Assembly (NCBI GenBank): GCA_946965045.2
Contig: OX337238.1
Coordinates: 1,550,001-1,614,000, forward strand
DNA: 64,000 bases
Direction of reading: 5' to 3'
From: Epithemia pelagica
Lineage: Eukaryota; Protista; Bacillariophyta
In this document: positions 9,292 to 21,239 of the stretch, in pieces
Layout: each line of letters begins with the position of its first letter
Numbering within the stretch: position 1 is the stretch's first letter
Notes under the pieces: model-generated
Told to the model about the DNA's origin: nothing
What the model saw: the letters and a program-made list of their open reading frames with translations, nothing else
The model's database searches: none
Made by a program: the position numbers and the translations under genes

Positions 9292-10914
9292 ATGAGCAAC
9301 GTTCTTGATGAGATTGAAGCAGATTCGGATAATGACGATGTAACGGAGGAAGAGAAAGAAAGCGCAGAAGAACAAGCACGCAAAAAAGCAAGGATGTCAA
9401 AACTTCACGAGCACTACGTGGCCCCCCTTTCGTTCATAGCTGATGCCGTGGAATCAGGAGCGAGCAAGTTCAACATAACCAACGTGAACATGCCATTCGG
9501 GAACGACCACGAGGCATACGCACGACCTTGTTATGAAGATATAACACAAAAGATCCGCATGCTTCGAAAGGAATTTCGATCAGAGCGTAAAGCTGCCACG
9601 CTGTTTGTTGTCGGTGGGTCTTCTGGGATTGGCAAATCCACATTTCTTGCTTATTTCGTTGTTCGGATGAGAAATGTTTTTAACAACATTGCATTGTGTT
9701 ATGCGCCCAAGAGCACAAAGGGATACTTTGGCAATCCAAGCCAAGATGAGATTGAATGTGTTGTCTGGTATAGAGGCGTGCAACAATTTAAGGGCACATA
9801 CGGCGCTGTAAAGGAAAAATTGAAAGCCGAACAAGGCAAACTGGATCTGATCCTGATGGATGGGTGCTCCATGACATTCGTGGACGTCGAGGCATTCGAG
9901 GGAACCATCCTGATCTCCGCATCACCAAGTCTTTACGTCAAGAATCTAAAGGATGCAATATTCAATCACCGCACACTCATCATGCCAGCATATTCTGAAA
10001 CGGAGGCCATCTCGACCGCAAATATTCTTGGAGTCGATGCCGACATTGTAAAAGAAAATTTTTTCTACATGAAAGGAATCGCTCGATACTTTTTCAGGCC
10101 TGGCGCTGCCAAACAGAAGGTGAAATCTGCAGTTCTCGAAGTAAGCGCCGCCGGCATTATCAAGATGGTTTCAATGCAAGCATCAAACCGTGGAGAACAG
10201 CTTGTTGCGGTGCACTCATTGATACTTTGGAAGGAGGGCGAGAGTTACACTGATCCACCTAGCTTTGAGTTGGTGTCTCGGTACGCAGAACAGCTGGTGG
10301 CCAAGAAGCTGGCGGCCGAGACAATGGAAGATCTCAAGAATGCTCGGCGGAATATGGCGCCTTTGTCTGGCGCTGAAGGATACGCTGGCGCTCTTTTCGA
10401 GGCTTATGCAATTAGAACTCTTCAGGCCGGTGGAACGTTTGAAATGAGAAGCTTAGAAGATGCCTCAAAGTCGGATACTCTCGACATTCCCGTCTTGACG
10501 ACCGACCGAATTGTTATAGAGGGAAACACGCTCTCAGCAGCGGAAGTTCCTTACAATTCAGTGCGAGTCCCTGATGAGACTAGAGCCAATTGTTACCATC
10601 CGCGGCTGTTGTGGCCCACTACGACGAACTTCCCGACTTTTGACTGCATTTACTTTGGCACCGACGGTCGAGTCTTTCCGTTCCAAATTACCATCGCGCG
10701 GACGCATGACCTAAAAAATAGCGGCGCTGCCAATGCCAAGCAATACCTTGACGGATTGTTGGAAGGAAGCAGCAAACCTGCAAAATATCCTGCCGTTGTT
10801 GTTGTTCCAATTGACATCTTCAGTATCTATGCGAAACAAGCTTTCACCGGCGCTGTCAACAAGAAACCAGCAGACTATGGATGCTTTTTTGAGCAGTGGG
10901 TGATCGGAGTTTGA
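9292..10914 (+). CDS. Crinkler/RHS-type P-loop NTPase + restriction-endonuclease-fold protein (540 aa)
   Basis: First ATG outside the LTR is 9292. Walker A GSSGIGKST, Walker B-like LILMDG, C-terminal FPTFDCIY..FQITIARTHDL (REase-like), N-terminal RKKAR (NLS-like). Confidence 0.75.
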   Translation: MSNVLDEIEADSDNDDVTEEEKESAEEQARKKARMSKLHEHYVAPLSFIADAVESGASKFNITNVNMPFGNDHEAYARPCYEDITQKIRMLRKEFRSERKAATLFVVGGSSGIGKSTFLAYFVVRMRNVFNNIALCYAPKSTKGYFGNPSQDEIECVVWYRGVQQFKGTYGAVKEKLKAEQGKLDLILMDGCSMTFVDVEAFEGTILISASPSLYVKNLKDAIFNHRTLIMPAYSETEAISTANILGVDADIVKENFFYMKGIARYFFRPGAAKQKVKSAVLEVSAAGIIKMVSMQASNRGEQLVAVHSLILWKEGESYTDPPSFELVSRYAEQLVAKKLAAETMEDLKNARRNMAPLSGAEGYAGALFEAYAIRTLQAGGTFEMRSLEDASKSDTLDIPVLTTDRIVIEGNTLSAAEVPYNSVRVPDETRANCYHPRLLWPTTTNFPTFDCIYFGTDGRVFPFQITIARTHDLKNSGAANAKQYLDGLLEGSSKPAKYPAVVVVPIDIFSIYAKQAFTGAVNKKPADYGCFFEQWVIGV

Positions 10915-10978
10915 TGGAACCAGCTCTCTAAGGATATCTCCTGCTATTAGTCAATGTCTGCTGCCGTGACTTCGATTG

Positions 10979-11692
10979 ATGCTACCGATCAACTCTGTTA
11001 CGAATGGGTCAGTCTATTTCTATCTCCTATTTTATGGTTACTTTCTTGTCTCTGCTCGAGAGCGCATCGTGGAGCTTCCTGGAAGAAATCGACAGCCTTT
11101 TCTCAAGATTTTCTGGTATCCGTTCAATGGGATGAGGGAAGCGAAAGACTGGACGGTCTTACGAGAAATTTGTAGTCCAAATCTATACGTTTACCGAACA
11201 GGTACTGCGCCCAATCTGTCGTGGGAGCCGCACAATGCTTATGGGGGACCTATTGAGGATGCCTTATCATTGGAAGTTTTATTGGTTCTGTCGCGCATTA
11301 AGCATCTGAGCACAAGGCTTTTTAACCAAAAGCTAATCCAAGAGGGTTTTGCAAGCAGCAAGCCAGATCTATACCTCAACTCTGTGCTGGATGCCCACAT
11401 TGAGTGTGTTCTTACCACAGCAAATAGCGACTCTGAACGAAAAAAGCTTGACGAACACATATCACGTTTCTATTGGCAGTGCTATGATGATCAAGCCCGC
11501 AGGTCTCCACCCCCTTACTACCCAATTGGCGATTCGACATTCGCAGTTCTTAATTTCCAACAATTTGGTCGGCAGCCAATGCAACCTCTAGAAGACGCTT
11601 TTCGCGGCGAGGTTTTCGATCAAAGAGTATTTACATTTCTCATGGTGACGAAGGAAGTCTACCGAGGGAATACACGTATAGCTGGCCCTTGA
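10979..11692 (+). CDS. Hypothetical protein or gene fragment (237 aa)
   Basis: Open frame with ordinary amino-acid composition; no motif recognised. Confidence 0.3.
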   Translation: MLPINSVTNGSVYFYLLFYGYFLVSARERIVELPGRNRQPFLKIFWYPFNGMREAKDWTVLREICSPNLYVYRTGTAPNLSWEPHNAYGGPIEDALSLEVLLVLSRIKHLSTRLFNQKLIQEGFASSKPDLYLNSVLDAHIECVLTTANSDSERKKLDEHISRFYWQCYDDQARRSPPPYYPIGDSTFAVLNFQQFGRQPMQPLEDAFRGEVFDQRVFTFLMVTKEVYRGNTRIAGP

Positions 11693-12004
11693 GTCTCGCT
11701 CGGGCGAGTTTAGTAAAAAAGCTGACGGTTCATATTCAGTAGAGAGATCCTTGTCTCTCTCGTGCTGTATCAATGTGTATCTATAATCCATTCTTTCCAA
11801 TACGTACTCGTATGAACCGTCCTGGCTCCACCCTCGTTCTAGACAGCGTCTCTTGCGGTCCGTGGTGGAGTACTCCTATTCTTAATCAAAAAGAAGAAGC
11901 CGAAACAGCGTCCAAAGCGCAAAAAAAAGACAGCAGCCCCTCCTCTGGTGCCTGAGCTGCGCGGCAGCCAGCTACAAGCGCTGCTGGCACTAGGACATTG
12001 AGGA

Positions 12005-13810
12005 TCATTTCTCTCCTCCTTCTTGGAACGGACAATGCTGTCTTCGCCACTGACTCCAGGAAAAAGACGTATTCCCGTCTCGAGAAGTTGTTGCTGTTGA
12101 GCTTTTGCTGCGGCTCGTCGGTGTCCCTGGATTGCCATAATATGGTGAATCATTTTCCACTCCACAATCGTCCCAGAGTCGTTGCAACAATTGCCTCTTT
12201 TCCTCTTGGACCAAATTCAAGGCCCGTTCTACCAGGGTTTGATAGGCTTGGAGATCTCGATCCAACACACAACATAAGGCACGTTTTTGTCGAGGCGAAA
12301 GAATGCTGGTACGAGTAGAACTGTCCATGGTGTCGTTGTTGTTGGTGTTATTGAAGTAGTGTTCACTTCCATGGGTATAATGCATGAAACGAGCAAAAGT
12401 CCTCGAGGTGGCGTTATTGGGAGGATGAGCACCATCATCATAGGTGGCTGTCCCTATCTTGGTCGTAAAAGTACTCGAACTGCTTATTGACTCGTGCAAG
12501 GTTGCCAACGCCTGATTGAGTTGGTAGGCATCCGACCACAAGTGGTCGGTTCGAATGACCACAACAGGAAGGTCGGGTCGTGCATCCAATGTAGCACGGA
12601 CGTAGTAATCGTAGTTCATGGTCCAATGTGCCACACATCGACTCTTGGCATATGCATTGTTGGTGGATTGCAAAATGGCGCGTCCCAAGGCGGCACAGTC
12701 GTTTGGCTTTTGGTTGTTGTTTTCTTGTCGTTTGTTGGCCGAGTGTGAAGAGACATGGGTGGTGTTTTTGGCATCCAGGAGAAAGGTATCCGCCAGTGCC
12801 TGAATCGTAGGGAAACAATCCTGGTAGACGCGCAAGGGAAGACTCGGGGGCGAACGTGGTTTGGCTGGACGATCCTCCTCCATCCTACTACTAGTCTTGT
12901 TTTGCTTGGCCCGTACACGATGAGCATGGTAATGATAGGCGGACACGAGTCGGTCCAACGGATTTCGGAGCGTTACCAAAAAGGAATTCGCCAACTGTTG
13001 TATCACATAGGTTTTTTCGTCAGCCGAAAACAAGGGAGACTCCATGTGTCTGTGAGACACGACAAGACGACCGAGCCAAGATTCTGGGTGCCGCGAAACT
13101 TTTCGTTGGGAACGGTAGCAGTGGTCCCAGGCTTCTTCAAACGAAAAGAAACCAGTAGAAGGAAAGGACCTGTTGTGATCGTGGTTGGTTGTTATGGATA
13201 GATCAGAATGGTTGCTGTTGCTGAGCGGCAAGACGGATAAGGATGGTGAAAGGTTTTGATTCCTCCATGTTTCCATGAGACAGGGCAAGGCCACATGCTT
13301 GCCACGCAAATCCAACGGAACACCTTTATCCAACGAGGAACCACCCGTTTTGCCGATATGTACAAAGACAATGCGAGGGGCATGGCCACGAGTGCCCTGG
13401 ACCAACCATTGGTGAATCCAATCGCCATTGTGGTTCGAATCCAAAATGGAGGAAGGTTTTCTGGTATCGTGCGTCGGTGGAGTGCTAGTGCTTAACGGCA
13501 TTCTTGTCTTCTGTTCTGTCGTAGGGATCGTGGCGGATGGACTGGACGACGACAAGAGAGTCGATGTATGAGTGGCATGTTCCGTCGTCGTCGTCGTCGT
13601 CGTCATGACGTTGTTCAAAAACTGAAATGAATCTCCTGTCCAGGATTCGTGGGACATGGTCGCTCTTTGAGAAGCTTGCAACTGCCGTTCCAGGAGGACC
13701 ATCAAGAAACTGGCCACGAGAGCCATGCCACCGCAAAATATGGTTCCACGAATCGAACTGTTCCGAGGCATTCTTCTTCTTAGCGTGGTGGTTCCCACAT
13801 CTACCACCAT
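12005..13810 (-). CDS. Golgi-type (type II membrane) sulfotransferase family protein
   Basis: N-terminal hydrophobic anchor (GGMALVASFLMVLL), 5'-PSB VFVHIGKTGGSSL, 3'-PB LRNPLDRLVSAYHY. Confidence 0.8.
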   Translation of the reverse strand: MVVDVGTTTLRRRMPRNSSIRGTIFCGGMALVASFLMVLLERQLQASQRATMSHESWTGDSFQFLNNVMTTTTTTTEHATHTSTLLSSSSPSATIPTTEQKTRMPLSTSTPPTHDTRKPSSILDSNHNGDWIHQWLVQGTRGHAPRIVFVHIGKTGGSSLDKGVPLDLRGKHVALPCLMETWRNQNLSPSLSVLPLSNSNHSDLSITTNHDHNRSFPSTGFFSFEEAWDHCYRSQRKVSRHPESWLGRLVVSHRHMESPLFSADEKTYVIQQLANSFLVTLRNPLDRLVSAYHYHAHRVRAKQNKTSSRMEEDRPAKPRSPPSLPLRVYQDCFPTIQALADTFLLDAKNTTHVSSHSANKRQENNNQKPNDCAALGRAILQSTNNAYAKSRCVAHWTMNYDYYVRATLDARPDLPVVVIRTDHLWSDAYQLNQALATLHESISSSSTFTTKIGTATYDDGAHPPNNATSRTFARFMHYTHGSEHYFNNTNNNDTMDSSTRTSILSPRQKRALCCVLDRDLQAYQTLVERALNLVQEEKRQLLQRLWDDCGVENDSPYYGNPGTPTSRSKSSTATTSRDGNTSFSWSQWRRQHCPFQEGGEK

Positions 13811-14496
13811 TCCTTGCGAGTATAGTCTACCACGGACCAAGCAGTTTTCGTGTCCCTCCGTTAGGGTTCGTTGCTTTTTGTTCCAAAACAACACTGGCTC
13901 CACAGTCTCTGGTCTCTGGCTCCAGTCCAAAAGTTTGCGCTTGCGGCAAAATTGTGACGGAACGGATGGGGTCCCAGTGCATGCGTTGAAAGGCTGTACA
14001 ACTTAACGCCTCATTTAGTCTTTATGCGACCAAAAGTTAAGCCTATAGTAAGACTGGCTTTCTCTAATTCACCTCCATGGCAAGGCGGACTTTGAACGAC
14101 CTATCCCTATTCTCACATTTTTTTACTTCGAGAAAAGGATCGAGATTGAAGAATCGTGCTCTTGGCTCAGCCCGAGAAGATAGAATATATTTCCCAAAGT
14201 AACGTTCAAAAGAGTTCATTGGATGACAGGTTTGGCTCGATTCCACATTCTCCCAACTTTTTCCGAGAAACAGCATGCAACACATACCGCATTGCTCTCT
14301 AGGTAGCGAGTACTCTCCGGTTGTTTACTTTGTTACTCGTACAAAAACATTAAGAAACTACCAAGAACCTGTTTCCTCGAGAGAATTAGAGGAGAGTATC
14401 TCGTTCCCCCTATAGAGAGACATCCTCGTTCTTGCTCGAAACCAAATTCCTCCAGTGAGATGCAGCCACAAGACGGTTTTCCCATTCATTAAACCT

Positions 14497-17400
14497 TTAT
14501 ATATTCACCAATTTGGAAGGTGCTTCTTCCACCTTGCCTTCTTCCTCGCCATCGTCATGCGTGGTCTCTTCGGCAAAGTCGTCATGATCGTCGTCGTTGC
14601 TTTCATCGTGAGGTGAGTGGCGTCGTGGTGACTCATGCTTCCATTGCTTATTGTCCTGTTGGTCACTACTTGGCACCGTATTGTCCTTTTGGGATGAGGG
14701 GCGGTACTTTTCCACCAGTTGCGTCACCAACTCTTGTCCCTTGGCGGCCCATTCCCGACGATTCTCCTTGGCATAATTCAAATATTCATCCGACGCCACA
14801 CCAAACACACCACATTCCTTGAGCTTTTTGGCCAAGGGAATAATGTAATGATCGAAAAAGCCCAATTCCCCTTGATACCATCCCACCGATGGATCCTTAC
14901 TACTATTACGTCCCGACCAGTACACTTGGTACATTTCCTGAAACAAGCGCTCGTTCCATTTTTGATAGACGTGCCAATGCTGCATGGTATGGGCTACATC
15001 CGAAGCCTGAATCAAGTGCTCAATGACAATGGTGGCCTTGCGATTCACATCTTGTTTGGAATCGAGGCTAGTCGAATGGCTGTTGCTGGTGGTGTGTGGA
15101 CCGTCTGTACTGTGACTCCCCGTCAAGCTCTGATTGGACGACGAATGATGGTTACTGCTTCCACCACCAGTCGTATCAGCAAAGGCTTTGGCCCATCGAT
15201 TTTTCCGCAAGGTACCCAATTCCTTGTCAAAAATGTCTGTAGCAATCACCGAATTGATCAACAAGGCACGGAATCGACGGAGTTCCGCCACATTTGAAAA
15301 GATGCAGCTGCGCAGTTCTCCAAATTCCGGTCGCATCAAAGCCTTCCAGGCCAAATCAACGGAGTTTTGTTCCGCCACACTCTTGTTTTGGTAGGCAGCG
15401 GCCATTTGCTCTTGTTCTTGAATCAACAAAAAGTTGGGGACACCACGATGATCGACATCGTGAATCAAGGCGGACAATACCACGGCAAATTGCGTCAAGG
15501 GATCCGAGGTAATCCCGTAGGTATGATCGTGCATCAAGGAAGCGAGGCGTTTGCCGGGCGATGCCGCTTGATGGGAAAGGTCGTCGTCACTACTGTTGCT
15601 ACGGTCAATTTCTGGAGCTACAATACGAGAGAGTAACTTGGAAACCGACATGGTCACATGGGATGCGTGCTGCGTTAAAGCAAAAATGGCACAAACAAAG
15701 GTGAAAGGCAATCGGTCCAACGTCCAAGCGGACTGTTGTTTGAGGAACGAAGAAATGCTGATTCTATCCCCATCATATACACCATGTATACGCACCTCGA
15801 AGTTGTGAAAGGGATTGTCCCGATACATGGAAGCAATCAAGGCCACATAATTGCGACACTGAGAAGTCACTTCGGGACTCAGAACAACCGAATCTGGTGC
15901 AACTTGATTGGATGTTGTACTGGCTCGTTCATCAAAGTCGGGCAAGACGATAATTTCCAAGACTTCGTCCACTGGCATTCGGCCTTCTCCAATCCGTTGA
16001 GCCATTTCTCCCAAATCTGGCGTCGGCACGGCCCGTCGCCCAGCACTGGCAAAGCGGCGAGCCACAACTTGCTTCAACAACTGTAACAACAACTCGGTAT
16101 TCCAATCCACCAAGCGCTGTCAACAACAACAACAACCACAACAAAAACGGACGAGACAGTCAAAACACACACGACATGACACAGCCAAATAAGAACAAAG
16201 AGCTAAACAGAGATTTCCAAGCAGCAGCACCATTACGGACGTACCTGTTTCTTTCGGAAGGCGTTGGCGGCCGCTGTCACAGACGCGGATTCACTTTCTG
16301 CGATTCCCTTGCGGGCATGACGACTGTTTGCACTCGAACGAAGATGATGGTTGCTGCCTTTCATAGGGTCCATATTTGCTCCCAAACGAAGGTGATGACT
16401 ACTACCCTTCATAGCATCCAAGCTGGCTGTGGAGCTAGCGCAATCACCAATGACACTGGTTCCAGCGACATCCATTTCTTCCAACAGATCGTCTTCTGGA
16501 GCATGGGAGGAATCTTGATACAGCATGACATCTCCGTCTACACTGTTTCCATCTCCGCCCATGCCGCCACGTTCACTTTCCTGGGATTGCCACAATCGAG
16601 GAGCCGCCACTTCTTCTTGCAGCCAATAGGTAGACAAGATTCCTTTTCCCTTGGCTTCGACCTTGTCCTCACGGGGTTGGACCCAGCTTCCACGACCATG
16701 GCCAATGAGGATTCGAGCCGTTTGTTCCGACAAGTGAATGCGATTACGGGCACCGGTACTTTCCATACGGGCCGCTGTATTCACGGTATCTCCAAACAAT
16801 TGAAATCGAGCTCGCTCTCCACGCAATACACCGGCCGTCACAGGACCAGAGTTCAAGCCGAATCTACAAAGGCGAGCAAAAACCAAGAAATGAGACAATA
16901 TGAATGAGTTGAGGTCGGACAAGGACTTGTAGAGTGTATTGTATCAAGTGTTTTACCCGTGAATACGTACCGCATGGCCAATTCACCGGTATCGGGACCT
17001 AATTTCAATTCCAAATCTTGCACAACGGTTTGAAATTTGCGCAAACATTCTCGAGCAAACTGGGCCATGACCGTGGCGTGATCTTCATTGGGTTCGGGGA
17101 CGCCACAACAAGCCACGTAACAATCCCCCACAGTTTCTACCTTGAAGACCCCAAAGCTTTTGGCAATATTGTCAAAGGCCTGAAAGATGGATTCCAACAA
17201 CATGAAAACTTGCGAAGGTTCGCGAATGGAACTCCACGCAGTGAATCCGGCAATGTCTCCAAACAAAATAGTCGCTTCGGGAAACAATTCGGCAATGGGA
17301 CGACTGGCTTCGGCAATTTCGACTTCGCCCTTGTTCATAAAGTTGAGTAAATTGACGCTGCCAGTGGATCGACCGCCGTCGGATCGGACACTGCGGGGAC

Positions 17401-20281
17401 CCCCACCGCCACCGCGCGTAATCGTACCACCACCATGCGAACTGGTATCCAAAAACAATCGTCGAGCCACCTTGCCGGGGAACAAACTCGCCACAATGGC
17501 ATTGGATCGTTCCGCTTCACCCAAGACGACATTTTGTTGTTTGCGAAAGATATTATCATAACACAATACGAGACCAATGGCAAAGGCAACCAAGGCCGCG
17601 GCCGCGACGGCGTAGATGATAGGATTCGATGATTCAAAGGATTCCTCGTACGTGGATGTGGGATAAATCCGGATTGTATGCTTGCAAAACGTGATTGCTT
17701 CCTCCTCCTCCCCCTCGGATGATGGTCGTTCATCGTCCGCCGCAACCACGGGCAAATGACTGCGTGGGACGAACCCATAGAAAAAGAATCGGACCATTTG
17801 ATCCTCATACGAATCAGAATGCAAATCACCCGGACCGACAAATCGTGCTGTTTTCCCATCCAGTTCAAAGGTGTTCACCACCTTGCCATTGTTACAGGAA
17901 TCCACAACGGCTCGTAATCCATTTTGATGATCTTGCAAAATCTGAAAACCGTCACAGTAGAGTATGGTATAAACAAGTAGATATATATCAGGGACAAATG
18001 TCGACAAACACACAAACACACACATATGTGAACAAACAATGACAGAATGCAACCACACACAGACACAAGTGCATCCCACCGCATAGACAACAGAACAGCA
18101 TATATATATGTATGAAAATATACGTACATTGGAAAAGAGCATGGTCCAAGGAATGGCGGCCGACAAGTGTCCAATGACCATTGGTTCTTCGGTCTGCGGC
18201 GCAGTGTTTGTTTCGTCCGTGGTTTGGGTTGGATCGACGGCCACTGGCACAATGCCAATGGAATGAGGCACGGAGGATACGACATTTTCGTCGTGATTCT
18301 GGTCGTGGGCCCCAAAAAAGTCATAGACGGATTGATTCAGAGGCACGGGTTCCGACAAGAAGGACCATGTGGCATTGCGACTCGAGGTTTGGGCCATGGA
18401 TTGGTACCACAGATTGGTGTTGAGATTGTAGTTCACCATGCTGATAGTGGAAGGAATCGTGGTGTCGTCGTCATGATTTCCATTGGCACCCCCAAAGGAG
18501 GACATCCACAACGGAGCATACCAGGGTGGGGTTTGTCCCTGATCCGGAATTCGTTTCGTTGTCGTAGTCGTAGTGCTATTGTCGTATCGCCAAATCTCGG
18601 GATACAATCCAGTACTGTCGTCGTTCGTCGTTGTTTCTTCAAACATTTCTTTGTTATCCGTTGATGATACTGCACGAGAAGAAGGATCGTACCAGTCGGC
18701 CAAATGTCCTTGACTGTAGGGTCCCCAGGCATTGCGCAGTGCTTCGGTCGTCAACCACGGTGCATATGCCACGGCCGGCACTTGCCAGGCGTATTGCAAC
18801 GGTCGCACCAGGTCGACAAAGGTGGGAACTGTCACAAACAAGACGGTTTGGCTTTGTTGCGATTGCAACTGCAACAGGGCTTGTTGGGCCACCACGGTTC
18901 CCATCCAGGTCAAGTGTTGATGCAAACTATAGGCATTGCGTTCCAAACCCACTTGAATTTCGTGGGCCACCGTTTCATACTATTGCCATTGTGGTGGTTA
19001 CAATCCACGATCCAACCGCCCATTGCAAATGGTACAATCACCAAAAAAAAAGAAACAAGAATCCCAACACACAAACGATATGTATACAACGAAACAACAA
19101 AACAAGCAAGAAAACAAACAAACAAACAAACAAACAAACGATAAAATAAACAAACAAACAATAAAACAGTTCAAAAATCGAAGAAAGGACCATGTGAGTT
19201 TTGGATGGATGGTGGCCACAGGTGCATGTGCCACTCCTCTCTCCATCTATTCATGGATTCTTCTTTGTGGTTTCGGGGAGGGTGTCGTTTCGTAGTAGTA
19301 GTTCCACCTACGTACCTCGTGTTCAAAGGCATCGCGTTCGTCACCGAGGGTATAAAAATAGGCCACAACGGCCACCAATGCGCCCACGACCAAGAGTGCC
19401 GTCAAGACGGTATAGCCGGCACAATTGGCCGTCCGTGCCGCTTCCTTGGCCACAAAGGCCGTATGCCAATCCGTGGGTTGTTGTTCTTGTTCGTGGGCGT
19501 CGTTGGGCGGCAGGCCATCCACGACAATGGCGTGTGCCACATTCGGATTGGAATCGTCATCGTCCTCAAAACTGGTCGTCGTCGAGTCGTCATGGTCGTC
19601 GTCCTGGTCGTCATTGTCACGCCGTTGTTGTGGTTGCTGGGTGGATGGTACTGCTCGAGGAAGAAGAGGAGGAGCAAGAGGAGCCGTCGTCTCCAGTGGT
19701 GGTGGTGGTCGTTGCTGTTGTTGTCGTGGGGAAGATGGAAGTGGAGGCACAATCCGGGCATGTGCCATGGTTGTTGGGGGACTGGTCGACGATACTGTCA
19801 TGGCTTTGGGACTTTTTGAAGCAGCCGCAGATCGTGAAGCCAAGGGTTGTTCGGGACAATGGTCCTGTCGCAGGCGTTCCAATGGATTGGTGCCATTTTG
19901 GTGATTGGGATTGTTGGGAGACTGCGACAAGGACAGGGGCGAAGACCAGGAGGAGGCACTTTTTTGGTAGGGATGCGGATTGTTATTGTTGTGGTTGGTC
20001 GTGGACGATTGCGGTGTCGCGGGTAAGGAATAGGCATCTTCCAAATCGGATGGCATGGCGGCTGTATACAAGCCACTGTCGTCACTGACAATCGTAGACC
20101 CCGTGGCAGCCGGTCGAACCACATGGTTTGGTGGATGATTCGTACTATTCGTAGTATTACTGCCAACATTGGAGGTGGAGGGCAAAAAGGGCAAGGTCAA
20201 CGACAAGGATGTTGGTGATGGTGTTGTCGTCTTGGGGCGTTGGGTGTTGGTAGTGGTTGGCGTTGGCGTCGTTGTCGTCAT
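14497..20281 (-). CDS. Membrane receptor-type bifunctional guanylate cyclase / cyclic-nucleotide phosphodiesterase; 6 exons (20281-19316, 18979-18128, 17941-16971, 16863-16245, 16116-15796, 15669-14497)
   Basis: Two TM helices flank an extracellular sensor region; cyclase motifs FGDIAGFT, VETVGD (E = GTP-type), RFQLFGDTVNTAARMES; PDE motifs FHNFEHASHV, LIHDVDH, ASDVAH. All five introns are GT-AG and join in frame. Confidence 0.9.
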
Positions 20282-21239
20282 GACGACTCTATATACTCGA
20301 GCCACAGTCAGTTGGGTGGCTGTGGATGGAGTACGAGTTTTTCTTTCTGTGGTTCTCTCGGCTTGTGTTTTGTGGAATAGATTGAGCAAACGGTGGACGG
20401 CAAGGATCTCTCTTCTCTACTAAAACACGAGAGAGAACACCAGAGACAATCAATGATCGGGTGTGTTTTTGGTTGTGTTTTCGGTTGTCCTTCACTCTCG
20501 TCGTCGTCTCACCTCTGGACCCCAAAAAACTAAACACTAGAATGTGGGCCAAGTATCATAGAGACCCAACGCATTACTATAAAGATATTCTGTTGTTGTT
20601 TGTTGTTTGGTTCGTGTGGGAGTTGGGAGTGCCTGTCGTTGCTCGTTGCGTGCGTGTTTACATCGGGACCAAACAGTCATTTGATTCCCACGTTTCAGCC
20701 CGTTTTGTTATATGAAATTGTCCAAACACCCAAGACACATACATTCGTGACAATAGACACTGGGTTCTTGGTCCTCACTTATCAGATCCTTGTCGCATAA
20801 CTTCTACTATTGTACACTATACCAATACTCTGGGGGGGCGAGCCCCCCACCCATCCTTTCCCAAGGAGGGCGGGACTGTGTTTCGCTCCAGAATTGACGG
20901 GACTCGGATCCCGTGACAACTTCTGTCCATTGCGTGCGAGTGTGCATCCAACCGCGTAGCCATCCCAATCATAGACCCCGATACGGAGCCAAGATACCCT
21001 GAAATATCATCACAAGTATCTTGCCGAAATATTCTGGTTGCCAAACCATCATAAATCGTCTGCAGGATAAGCCGTTGCAGCATCATGCAGGCAAGCTGGC
21101 AATAGCAAGCGAGCTGGACTTGTACTCTTTTCAGAGTACAATCGAGCCAATTCCCCATCTCGGTAAAGTGAAACTTGTATCCTTCTTGCATCGCCGCTGA
21201 TATTGCCATCTCTCAAATCTCCTCTTCTCTTGACTCGTA

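Noticed and set aside
20831-20849. G/C hairpin as a Helitron 3' end
   Set aside because: No CTRR terminus at the expected distance and no Rep/helicase; it lies at the end of the YR retroelement.
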